Below, in pieces: positions 8,874 to 16,648 of a stretch of 36,004 bases of DNA. Made by a program: the position numbers and the translations under genes. The stretch comes from a virus (Duplodnaviria; Caudoviricetes). The stretch covers positions 1 to 36,004 of IMG/VR virus record IMGVR_UViG_3300024042_000003; one strand, given 5' to 3'. Within the stretch, counting starts at the first letter, position 1, and every line of letters starts with the position of its first letter. The notes under the pieces were generated by a model. That model saw nothing but the letters and a program-made list of their open reading frames with translations. It was not told where the DNA came from and searched no databases.

Positions 8874-9033
8874 TGGCTTGGTAGGGTTTGGTGGGTTTTG
8901 AGGGGTTTTTTTCCGACGAAACGCGCGCCAGTGAAAAAAAGCAGGCAGTTGGGTAGGTCCCTGGCATGACCAGGCGGTGGGGTTTGTAGGCTTTGAAGGG
9001 TTTGCCGACCGTCGAAGCGCGAGCAAGTGTTTT
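8874..9033 (-). repeat. Right copy of the ~160-bp imperfect inverted repeat
   Basis: Reverse complement of 2135-2295 (58-bp block with 1 mismatch plus a second iteron block). Confidence 0.9.
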
Positions 9034-9115
9034 TTGGGGTTTTGAGCCTGCGGGAGTCCAAGAGCGCCAGTTAGGACGCGCTTTCGGCAGGTGCTTCGTG
9101 CAACCTCATCCCACT

Positions 9116-9235
9116 GGGGGCACGTATAGGCGTAGCTGGGGGCATATAAATGTGCCCCCAGTTTTCGGAAACATGCCCCCAAATGTGCCCCCAGATTGGG
9201 TAGATGGGCATGGATTGGTCTGGATGGTTATGGAC
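9116..9235. repeat. tRNA-proximal att region: arm-type TGCCCCC repeats and phased TGGAY repeats
   Basis: GGGGGCA at 9116 and 9138, TGCCCCC at 9153, 9174 and 9186. TGGAT/TGGAT/TGGAC at 9211, 9221 and 9231 show 10-bp phasing, as expected of excisionase sites. Confidence 0.65.
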
Positions 9236-9265
9236 AGCTAAGATGCTGTCTCTCCAGGGAAAATT

Positions 9266-9299
9266 AAAAAATCCGGATGAGTATGGACTCGTCCGGATT
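9266..9299 (-). terminator. Terminator downstream of tRNA-Arg (element-supplied)
   Basis: AATCCGGATGAG / CTCGTCCGGATT stem followed by a U-tract on the minus strand. Confidence 0.7.
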
Positions 9300-9305
9300 G
9301 ATTAA

Positions 9306-9380
9306 TGGTCCCCCCGACAGGAATCGAACCTGTATCTAGCGCTTAGGAGGCACTCGTTCTATCCATTGAACTACGGGGAG
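9306..9380 (-). tRNA. tRNA-Arg(CCT)
   Basis: CTCCCCGTAGTTCAATGGATAGAACGAGTGC-CTCCTAA-GCGCTAGATACAGGTTCGATTCCTGTCGGGGGGACCA: 75 nt cloverleaf, anticodon CCT, encoded CCA. A TAGAAT -10-like box lies 9 nt upstream. Confidence 0.97.
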
Positions 9381-9437
9381 GTAGGGGTGATTCTAGCCGC
9401 CATTTCCTGAGTCTCTATAGTGCTGCTGTACCATGCC

Positions 9438-9487
9438 GTATCACTGAATTATTCTGTCAGTGATACCGCAAACGATACGTATCACTG
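9438..9487. repeat. GTATCACTG x3 (one inverted), probable prophage integrase arm sites
   Basis: 9438-9446 and 9479-9487 are direct copies and 9458-9466 is inverted, all immediately upstream of the prophage int. Confidence 0.6.
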
Positions 9488-9490
9488 CAC

Positions 9491-10564
9491 ATGGCGAGCA
9501 TCATCCAAGTCGGCGGGAAGTGGCGTGCGCTGATCAGGCGCAAGGGGCACCCATCATACTGTCAGACCTTCCCGACGAAGGCGCAGGCGCAGGCGTGGGC
9601 GCGGGGTATCGAGACCGACATCGACAGGGGCCAGATCCTGGCGCCCAAGGTGGTTCTGGGGCGGGTGGTGTTGGTGTCGGACATGATCGACACCTACCGC
9701 AAGTTGCGCGAGAAGTCGCGGCCCATCGCGGATACGTCCAACGAGCACTACATGCTCAAGACGCTCCAGCGTGGCCTGGGGCAGCTTGACACGGCGTTGC
9801 TGGCGCCGGCCGACCTTGTGGCCTACGCCGAGGCGCGCAGGGATGAGGACGGCGCTGGGCCGTACACGGTCAACATGGACATATCCAAGCTGGGGACTGT
9901 GCTGCGCCTGGCTGGTGTACATCTCAAGATCACGCTGCCCGACGTAGTGGGCCAGGCGCGGCCACTGCTGGCGCACATGCACCTGATCGGCGGGGGCGGC
10001 AAGCGCGAGCGCAGGCCTTCCGAAGATGAGCTGCTGCGCGTGGTGCAATGGTTGCGGGATCAGCGCGGCCAGGTCTACGCCGACGTGGTGCAGTTCGCGG
10101 TGGTTACCGCGATGCGGCGCGGCGAGGTCGTGCGGCTGCGCTGGGATGCGCTGGACGCCGAGAAGAGGCTGGTGCTGGTGAGAGACCGCAAAGACCCGCG
10201 CAAGAAGGCGGGCAACGATCAATGGGTTCCGCTGCTCAATGGCTCATGGGAACTGGTGCAGGCGCAGCCCAGGGCGGATGGGGAGCCGCGCATTTTCCCC
10301 ATCCATGAGCAGACCCTGAGCAAGTATTTCAGGGATGCGTGCGTGGCGCTGGCTATCCCTGATTTGCACTTTCACGACCTGCGCCACGAAGGCATATCCC
10401 GCCTGTTTGAGCAGGGCTTCGACATACCGCGTGTCGCGCTTGTGAGCGGGCACAAGAGCTGGAACAACCTCAAGCGCTATGCGCAACTGCGGCCCGAGGA
10501 CCTGCACCATGGGCCTGGCGGGCCTCCTGCCGAAGCCGGTCCAGATATTCCGCCACGTCCCTGA
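9491..10564 (+). CDS. int: Prophage tyrosine integrase
   Basis: GKWRALIRRKG N-terminus, TAMRRGEV, HFHDLRHE, SGHKSWNNLKRY. Confidence 0.95.
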   Translation: MASIIQVGGKWRALIRRKGHPSYCQTFPTKAQAQAWARGIETDIDRGQILAPKVVLGRVVLVSDMIDTYRKLREKSRPIADTSNEHYMLKTLQRGLGQLDTALLAPADLVAYAEARRDEDGAGPYTVNMDISKLGTVLRLAGVHLKITLPDVVGQARPLLAHMHLIGGGGKRERRPSEDELLRVVQWLRDQRGQVYADVVQFAVVTAMRRGEVVRLRWDALDAEKRLVLVRDRKDPRKKAGNDQWVPLLNGSWELVQAQPRADGEPRIFPIHEQTLSKYFRDACVALAIPDLHFHDLRHEGISRLFEQGFDIPRVALVSGHKSWNNLKRYAQLRPEDLHHGPGGPPAEAGPDIPPRP

Positions 10565-10733
10565 TGTCCGCCCAGCGCTTGCCGCCGTCGATGTAGGTGG
10601 GGATCTCGAAAGTGGCTGCGCTGATCTTGCGGCGGATGTTGGGCGGGGTGGTTTCCAGAATCTCGGCCAGGCGGTCAAGATCCGCGCGCAGGCCGTACTT
10701 CTCGATGAGCACCATTTGCGTGAGTAGGCTCAT
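10470..10733 (-). CDS. Excisionase-like small DNA-binding protein
   Basis: 87 aa with an HTH/wing pattern (LDRLAEIL..TPPNIRRKIS..IPTYIDGGKRWA). Convergent with and overlapping the int 3' end. Confidence 0.7.
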   Translation of the reverse strand: MSLLTQMVLIEKYGLRADLDRLAEILETTPPNIRRKISAATFEIPTYIDGGKRWADIRDVAEYLDRLRQEARQAHGAGPRAAVAHSA

Positions 10734-11536
10734 GCGCTTTCTCCTTGCGTGGCCTGGGGGCGGGGGGCATCCACATCACTCCAGTCACCGCCCATCATTC
10801 GATCAACCGATGCGTTGAGCGAGGCGCGATTTTCGTCACTGACGATCCTCACCAGCGATGTGAATCTGCCTTCGTTCCACGCAACCATGATGTGTGAACT
10901 GAGCCAGCGCCACCGTGCTGCATCCTCCGCATCCGCAACACGCTTCAGCATGAGAGCCTCTGACATGGACAGTACCTCCGCATCCCCCCGTGCTACAGGC
11001 GCGGCCTGTGCAATCCCCTCGCCGCGCGCCGCCAGGAATGCGCAGAAGTTCGCCACGTCCACCGGGTCGCCCTTATCCACATGCGCGCGCAGCATGTCCG
11101 ACAGGCGCTGCTGCGTGCATTCGGGCGTGCCCCAGCCGCTGTAGCCCTTCGCACGCTGCTTCGCCAGCTTGGCCTTCATCGTGGCGGCCAGGGCGTCAAC
11201 GGCGGCATCGTCTGGGTGCGCTGGCGCTGCCTTGGCTGTAGGCGCGCCAGCAGGCGCGAGTGGCGTCAGCGCAATGCGCGTGGACTCGATCTGATCCCAA
11301 AGGGCCTGCTCCTCGGGCTCGCTGTCCTGCGGGCGGCGTGGGCCAATCCAGCTCTGCAGGACGGCCAGCAGGTCAATGGCCTGCATGATGGCCGGGCCGT
11401 TGACGCGCGCGGCGTGCAGGCGCTCTGCATGCGCGCGCATGGTCTCCTCGGCGTAGTAGTGGCGCTGGGTGTCGTGGACGAAGCCCTGCACGTCCTCGGT
11501 GTAGTCGGGCGCCGGCAGTGGAATGTGGTCTGTCAT
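10730..11536 (-). CDS. Phage protein with a MazG-like/Ea22-type helical domain
   Basis: Start MTDHIPL after a GAGGA RBS. The motif MKAKLAK.R.KG..GW....L..HVDKGDPVDVANFC is common in phage early genes. Confidence 0.6.
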   Translation of the reverse strand: MTDHIPLPAPDYTEDVQGFVHDTQRHYYAEETMRAHAERLHAARVNGPAIMQAIDLLAVLQSWIGPRRPQDSEPEEQALWDQIESTRIALTPLAPAGAPTAKAAPAHPDDAAVDALAATMKAKLAKQRAKGYSGWGTPECTQQRLSDMLRAHVDKGDPVDVANFCAFLAARGEGIAQAAPVARGDAEVLSMSEALMLKRVADAEDAARWRWLSSHIMVAWNEGRFTSLVRIVSDENRASLNASVDRMMGGDWSDVDAPRPQATQGESA

Positions 11537-11544
11537 GGTCTTCC

Positions 11545-12177
11545 TCACGCGGCCGCCAGGCCGAGGTTTTGGGCTGTGGTGCGCACGACCTGGCCGCCCG
11601 TGCTGAGGGCGCGGGCAGTCAATCGGGCCGTGATGTCGCGCAGCTCGCCACTGCTCACGTAGGCGAGCTGGTGGCGGTGCAGATCCACGGCCTCGGCCAG
11701 GGCGTCGATTTCGTGAAACTCCAGCTGCTGCGGCAGCCATGCGCCCGAGGCGAGGGCGCGGGCGCGTATGCCCGCCAGCGCGGCCTGGGCGCTGGCAAAG
11801 TGCTCACGCATGCCGCGCACGATGCCGCTGTCCTCGATGGCCATGGCAATCGCCAGGTGCGTGGCCAGCACGGTGTGCTGGTCCTCGGTGGCCACGCCCT
11901 CGCGCAGGCGGGCCAGGCACGCCCAGGCCGGGGCCAGGGTGGCGTGCACCTCGGCGGCCGTCAGGCACGTGGCGCGCAGCCGGGCGTGGTTGGCCGCGTG
12001 GTATGCCATGGCGCAGAGCCACTGGCGGCGGTGCTCACGCGAGCACTGCCCGCGCTCCATCTGGCGCAGGCGCCGGGCGCGCGCGGCCGCCATGATCCTG
12101 GCCATGGGCAGCGGGCGGTGGTGGACGTGGCGGCGGCGCATGGCCTGGGCCGCCTGGAGCCGGGCGCGGCGGGTCAC
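11545..12177 (-). CDS. Hypothetical phage protein
   Basis: 210 aa ORF packed in the leftward operon with a 4-nt overlap to parB. Confidence 0.65.
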   Translation of the reverse strand: MTRRARLQAAQAMRRRHVHHRPLPMARIMAAARARRLRQMERGQCSREHRRQWLCAMAYHAANHARLRATCLTAAEVHATLAPAWACLARLREGVATEDQHTVLATHLAIAMAIEDSGIVRGMREHFASAQAALAGIRARALASGAWLPQQLEFHEIDALAEAVDLHRHQLAYVSSGELRDITARLTARALSTGGQVVRTTAQNLGLAAA

Positions 12178-14609
12178 GCCACCACCTCCAGCTCGCTCAC
12201 GTCAAAACCCACCCGCTTGGGCGCGCAGCGCTTGCTGCGCTCGATGGCAACGTCCCATGCGCCAGGGCCGATCTGCGCCACCACGTTGCCCTCGTAGCCG
12301 ATCCAGGGCTTTTGCTGCTTGCCGGTGGCCGTCTCGTTGATGCGCACGCGCGCACCGATGCCCACCTCTTCTGCTGCCCCGGTGCCCACGCCTGCACTGG
12401 CCTGGCCACTGGGCGCAGCGGCGCAGGCGGCCGCCTGGGCGGGGCCCTTGCGTGCCTGACGCTTTTTGGCGGGCGCCGGGGTTGATGGCGTGGCGCTGGC
12501 TTGGGGCGCAGCGCTCGCCGCCGCCAGCGCGCGAGCGGCTGGCGGCGCTTCGTCGCTCTGCGCCGCAGGCGCCTGCTCAGTGGCCTGGGCACCGCCAGCG
12601 GCGCCGCCACGGGGCGCGGCCTGCGGCTGCGCGCCAGCGACAGCCGCAGCATCGTCGCCTTGCGCCGCAGGCGCCTGATTTGCATCCTCCAGCGCCCGCA
12701 GCTCGGCCGCAATCTGCGCCTGGGCCTCGGCCGCCGTCGTCTTCCCGCGCGCGGCATCACGCGCCAGCGCAGCCGGGGCCGTAGTTTTTTTGGCCTTCGC
12801 GCGCGTAGGACTGGCTTGCGCAGCGGGGGGCGGGGTCGAAGTGCCATCCGGGGCCGCAGGTTTATCGGCTTCGTCCTGCGCTGCTGCGGCGGCGCGCAGG
12901 TTGGCAATCGCCTGGGCCAGTTCGGCCTTCTCGGCGGCCGTGGCCTCGGCGTCTACCGCGTCCATGTCCACGCCCAGGGCGCGGGTGGCGGCGCGCAGGG
13001 TAGGTTCCCATTTATCCCCGCTGTACTGCCAGAAGCTACGAATCAGCATGAGGGCCAGCATGTAGCGGCGGATCTCGGCGGCATCGGCGCGGTCGATGCG
13101 GGCCACTGCGCGCTGCTTCATCTCTTCCTGGTCTTCGTCATCGACGGGGGGCGGGCTGAGGATGACCAGCATGTCTTCTTCGTCCGCGAAGTCGATTTCG
13201 GCCTTGAGCCACTCGCGCAGCAGCTCGGCATCGGTCAGCACCTTGGTGGGCGTTGTGTGCGCGTGGATGGCGCGCATGATGGCGGCTTGCCGCGCCTTGT
13301 TGGTGGCTTTCTTCTGCGCCTGTTCGGACTTGCGCGTGAGGACTTCGATCTCTTCGTCCAGGTCAATCTTCTTGGCGGTGGTCTTGATCGCGCCGCGCTG
13401 CACCAGCACCGCCTCGGCTTCGTCGGTGGGCACGGCCTCGATCAGTTCCTTGCTGTACGGGTCTTCAATCAGCACGGGCCTGGGGCCCTTGTCGCCCAGC
13501 AGCTCGCGCAGCGGCACCCTCTTGCCGTCTTGGGCCAGGTCGGCGCGGGTGGCCTCCAGCCGGGTGTAGCCCTGCAGGCTGCGGCCGTAGCCGTCGTAGC
13601 TGTGCTGGCGCACGATTTCCTTGGCTTCCTTGCCTTCGATGATGCGCATGCCCTTGGCCTCGGCCGCGGCGCGCAGGGCCTCGGCGTGGGCGTGGGCCTT
13701 GGCGGCGTGGCATGCCGGGTCGGTGCACAGGTCGGGCGAGTCCACATCGGCAAACTGCTCGGGCTCTGCGCCCGTGCGCCTGGGGCAGTCGCCGCAGGCG
13801 CCCACGCCGGGCACCAGGCCGACTACCGCGATGGGGAATGGCGCATCCTCCAGCCTCAGCATCACATTGCGCTGCAGCCAGCCCTCGAACTCGCGCACGC
13901 CCGTAGCGAAGTCGCCCCGGTGGCTGCGACGGCTGGCCTCTTTGAGGGCGGTGATCTGCACCTTCTCCACCGGGATGCGGGCAATGCGCAGCGCGCGGCT
14001 GTTGTCGATCTCGCCCGCCGCCAGGGCCTCGCGCACCGTCTGGCACAGGTCCAGCAGCTTGAGGCGGGCGTAGACGTAGCTGCGGCTCTTGCCGATCTTG
14101 GCGGCCACGGCGTCGGCGTCCATGCCGCTGCCCTGGCGCATGAGCGCGCCGTAGCCCTCGGCCTCTTCCAGCGGCGACACGTCCTCGCGCTGCAGGTTCT
14201 CGATGATCTGGATCTCCAGCACCTGTTCGTCGCTCAGCTCCCGCGCCATCACCGGGATCTCGGCCACGCCCGCAAGCTGGCAGGCGCGCCAGCGGCGCTC
14301 GCCGGCCACCAGCTCGTATTCGATGGGCTCGGCCTTGCGCGTGGTGGCGAAGGGCCACACCGGCACGGCGCCCTTGGCGCGCGAGGTTTCCTCAACCCGC
14401 GCGGCGGGCAGGGGCCGCACAAGAATGGGCTGGTGCACGCCGCTGGGCGCAATGCTGTCGGCCAGCTCGCGCAGCTTGGCCTGGTCGAAGGTCTTGCGCG
14501 GGTTCGTCAGGCTGGCGACGATGCCCGCCACCGGGGCCATGAACATGCGCGCCCCCGCGCCGGGCAGGGGCATGGCGGCGGTGGCCTGGTCGTTGCGGTC
14601 GGCGGCCAT
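12174..14609 (-). CDS. ParB/Spo0J-family protein (811 aa) with Cys cluster, low-complexity linker and C-terminal SH3/KOW-like domain
   Basis: NPRKTFD..L.ELA.SI..GV.QPILVRP, LVAGERRWRA (CTP-binding Arg patch), IENLQRED, HTH AVAAKIGKSRSYVYARLKLL, CGDC..C...C. Confidence 0.9.
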   Translation of the reverse strand: MAADRNDQATAAMPLPGAGARMFMAPVAGIVASLTNPRKTFDQAKLRELADSIAPSGVHQPILVRPLPAARVEETSRAKGAVPVWPFATTRKAEPIEYELVAGERRWRACQLAGVAEIPVMARELSDEQVLEIQIIENLQREDVSPLEEAEGYGALMRQGSGMDADAVAAKIGKSRSYVYARLKLLDLCQTVREALAAGEIDNSRALRIARIPVEKVQITALKEASRRSHRGDFATGVREFEGWLQRNVMLRLEDAPFPIAVVGLVPGVGACGDCPRRTGAEPEQFADVDSPDLCTDPACHAAKAHAHAEALRAAAEAKGMRIIEGKEAKEIVRQHSYDGYGRSLQGYTRLEATRADLAQDGKRVPLRELLGDKGPRPVLIEDPYSKELIEAVPTDEAEAVLVQRGAIKTTAKKIDLDEEIEVLTRKSEQAQKKATNKARQAAIMRAIHAHTTPTKVLTDAELLREWLKAEIDFADEEDMLVILSPPPVDDEDQEEMKQRAVARIDRADAAEIRRYMLALMLIRSFWQYSGDKWEPTLRAATRALGVDMDAVDAEATAAEKAELAQAIANLRAAAAAQDEADKPAAPDGTSTPPPAAQASPTRAKAKKTTAPAALARDAARGKTTAAEAQAQIAAELRALEDANQAPAAQGDDAAAVAGAQPQAAPRGGAAGGAQATEQAPAAQSDEAPPAARALAAASAAPQASATPSTPAPAKKRQARKGPAQAAACAAAPSGQASAGVGTGAAEEVGIGARVRINETATGKQQKPWIGYEGNVVAQIGPGAWDVAIERSKRCAPKRVGFDVSELEVVA

Positions 14610-14611
14610 GG

Positions 14612-14929
14612 TTACTGCTCCGGGGTGATCGGGGTGGTGATGGGGGCGATGCGGCCATCAGGAAAGCGCAGCGTGGCGCCGGTGCGGCTGGGCAGGGCGA
14701 AGGCGGCCATGCGCGCGGGCGCAATGGCCGTGGGCTGGCGCAGCTCGGGGCAGGTGTACGGGGCGCTGGTGCGCCAGGCGGGTGCCTCGGCGGGGGGCGT
14801 GGTGCGCAGGTCCAGCTTGTGGGTGTGGATGCCCGGCACGGTGGGAATCGGCTGCAGGCCGCCCGTGCGGCGCATGGGGGCGGGCTTGGCGTGCTCGTGC
14901 ACGCCGGTGGTGTTCTTGGCGCGGGGCAT
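14612..14929 (-). CDS. Hypothetical phage protein
   Basis: Start MPRAKNTT after an AGGAG RBS. Contains YTCPELR..AFALPSR. Fits the operon packing. Confidence 0.6.
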   Translation of the reverse strand: MPRAKNTTGVHEHAKPAPMRRTGGLQPIPTVPGIHTHKLDLRTTPPAEAPAWRTSAPYTCPELRQPTAIAPARMAAFALPSRTGATLRFPDGRIAPITTPITPEQ

Positions 14930-14930
14930 G

Positions 14931-15134
14931 TCAGCTCCTGGCGGGTGGGGTGGGTGCACACGTGTGCACGGCGGCGGGCGGCGCGGCGAGGTAGCCGATG
15001 GCGGCTGCGGCAAACAGCAGCAGCGCCAGGGCCAGCACCGTGCCCAGGGCGGAGAGGGCCCAGGCCAGCGCGCGCAGCAGGCGGGCGCGGCGGCGCGGGC
15101 GGTGCGGGCCGTCGATCTGCACGGGCGCGCTCAT
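14931..15134 (-). CDS. Small membrane protein
   Basis: Start MSAPVQ after GGAGG, with a hydrophobic stretch ALAWALSALGTVLALALLLFAAAAIGYL. Confidence 0.6.
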   Translation of the reverse strand: MSAPVQIDGPHRPRRRARLLRALAWALSALGTVLALALLLFAAAAIGYLAAPPAAVHTCAPTPPARS

Positions 15135-15277
15135 GGCCTGGCCTCCAGCGGCCGGGCGGCCGCGCCGTGCACGTTGTGGCGCGCCATGGCCTCGATGACC
15201 GCGATGCAGGCTGTGGGCGCCAGGGCGATGTATTCGAGGCCTGCGCAGTGGATGCGGAAGGGGAGCAGGGGGGGCAT
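15131..15277 (-). CDS. Small hypothetical protein
   Basis: MPPLLPFRIHCAGLEYIALA..., GAGG RBS, ATGA overlap with the next gene. Confidence 0.55.
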   Translation of the reverse strand: MPPLLPFRIHCAGLEYIALAPTACIAVIEAMARHNVHGAAARPLEARP

Positions 15278-15285
15278 GCTGTACC

Positions 15286-15642
15286 TCAGAAAGGAATTTC
15301 GCTGTCTTCGTACCGCTGCGGGCCAGGCTCGAAGTGGTCGCAATGGGCGGGGATGTCGGCGTAGCGGTGCGGGTGTCGGTCAAGCGATATCCACCGGCCA
15401 CGTCGGTTGCGGCGGAACCGCACGTAGGGGCCAGCGATGTTTCGCGTGATGGTCTGGCCGTCCTCTGCCACCGCGTCGTGCTGTACCTCGATCCAGTCCC
15501 GGCCGCTGGGGTGGGGCCGGTGGTACACGACGGTGGCCGGGATTGCGCCGTGGTCGCTGTCGCTGCGATGCACCCGGATGGTTCCGGTGCTGCCCTTTTG
15601 CACCTGGGCGCGCCAGGGGAAGGTGTTGGGGAGGGTGGTCAT
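15286..15642 (-). CDS. Hypothetical phage protein
   Basis: 118 aa, ATGA-coupled to the upstream gene, ends with DSEIPF. Confidence 0.6.
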   Translation of the reverse strand: MTTLPNTFPWRAQVQKGSTGTIRVHRSDSDHGAIPATVVYHRPHPSGRDWIEVQHDAVAEDGQTITRNIAGPYVRFRRNRRGRWISLDRHPHRYADIPAHCDHFEPGPQRYEDSEIPF

Positions 15643-16055
15643 GCGGCGCCGCCTTTCGACAGCTCAATAAGCTGCTTATCAAAGCCTTCGGCCAGATCCC
15701 GATACCTCTTGGCTGTGGCAGGGTTTCTGGCGCGGCGGGCCTTGGCCTGGTTCGCCATGGCGAGGTAGTGCGCCCCTGCGGAGAGGGCGATGCTGTTCGC
15801 AACACGCTGGCGGGCCTGGTCGCACAGGGCGTCCAGATCAAAGATCGGGCGCGATGGCAGGGCGTTCTCTTCTGCAATCAGCGAAAAACGGCGGGTGCTT
15901 GCCCCTCCGGTGGGCAGGGCGGGAGGGCAAAGTGTTGCCGTCACCGTGGGGAATTGGCCCGGCTTGCAGTGCACGCTGAGTTCTGTCACCCAGCGAAGAT
16001 GCGAGAGGCCCAGTGCTTCCAGCAGGGCGTGGTTTGCTTTTTGGGTGCTGGTCAT
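15639..16055 (-). CDS. Hypothetical phage protein
   Basis: Start MTSTQKAN overlaps the previous stop (ATGA). Ends with GGAA. Confidence 0.6.
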   Translation of the reverse strand: MTSTQKANHALLEALGLSHLRWVTELSVHCKPGQFPTVTATLCPPALPTGGASTRRFSLIAEENALPSRPIFDLDALCDQARQRVANSIALSAGAHYLAMANQAKARRARNPATAKRYRDLAEGFDKQLIELSKGGAA

Positions 16056-16648
16056 GCCGCACCGCCTTCCTGCTCCATTTCCTGCGCCGCTTCGCGCAGC
16101 TCGGCCAGCAGCTCTGCGGCGGGCTTGACGATGGGCGGCACGTCGCACACGGCGCGGCGCTGATCGGCTTCGTACCAACTGACCGGCGCGATGGCGGCCT
16201 CGATGGCTTCGGGCGTCAGCGTCGTGACGACTTCCCAGTAGTCAAGGTACTCCTTGCCATCCCATGGCTGCGGTTCGCCGCCGATGAGGTAATCGAAGGC
16301 TTCTCGCAGGCCCTGCAGCTCGGTCAGTTCTTCCGGCGTGGCGCGGTAGATCGTGGTGCGGCATCCCCAGCGCCGTTCATCCTTCTGGATGGTGTCCGCG
16401 TGATCGTCCGTGAGGTAGATCGACACCCCGCGCTCGGCATTGAACAGGGCGGCGCGCGCATGGCCGGGCTGGCTAATGGCGTACCCCAGCGCATTCACGA
16501 TGGCCTGGGCCTGCTCGATGCTGTGTACCGGGATGTCGTCGGGGCGCGTGCCGTGGTGGCCGCACTGCCACTCCATGAAGCGCAGGGTGTAAGGCGCGGC
16601 GGGGGCGGGTTGTGTGCACACGGGTGTACTGGTTTCGATGCTGTTCAT
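16052..16648 (-). CDS. Hypothetical phage protein
   Basis: 198 aa, ATGA overlaps at both ends. Confidence 0.7.
   Translation of the reverse strand: MNSIETSTPVCTQPAPAAPYTLRFMEWQCGHHGTRPDDIPVHSIEQAQAIVNALGYAISQPGHARAALFNAERGVSIYLTDDHADTIQKDERRWGCRTTIYRATPEELTELQGLREAFDYLIGGEPQPWDGKEYLDYWEVVTTLTPEAIEAAIAPVSWYEADQRRAVCDVPPIVKPAAELLAELREAAQEMEQEGGAA

Larger units (their letters stand above)
247..9325. mobile_element. P4-like phage satellite / integrative island at the tRNA-Arg(CCT) 3' end (defective or non-autonomous)
   Basis: The same TGCCCCC arm-type repeats occur at both ends. It contains P4-type integrases, a cos-like site, Sid-like and Ogr/Delta genes and defence cargo. Confidence 0.75.

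Noticed and set aside
2135-9033. Inverted repeats as IS/composite transposon ends
   Set aside because: No DDE transposase is present and I saw no target-site duplication. The iteron-like content fits other explanations better.
12501-15449. 982-aa plus-strand ORF and other long antisense ORFs (21752-24124, 28803-30122, 30104-31327, 31105-32706)
   Set aside because: They are shadows of well-supported genes on the opposite strand in high-GC DNA and have no motifs of their own.
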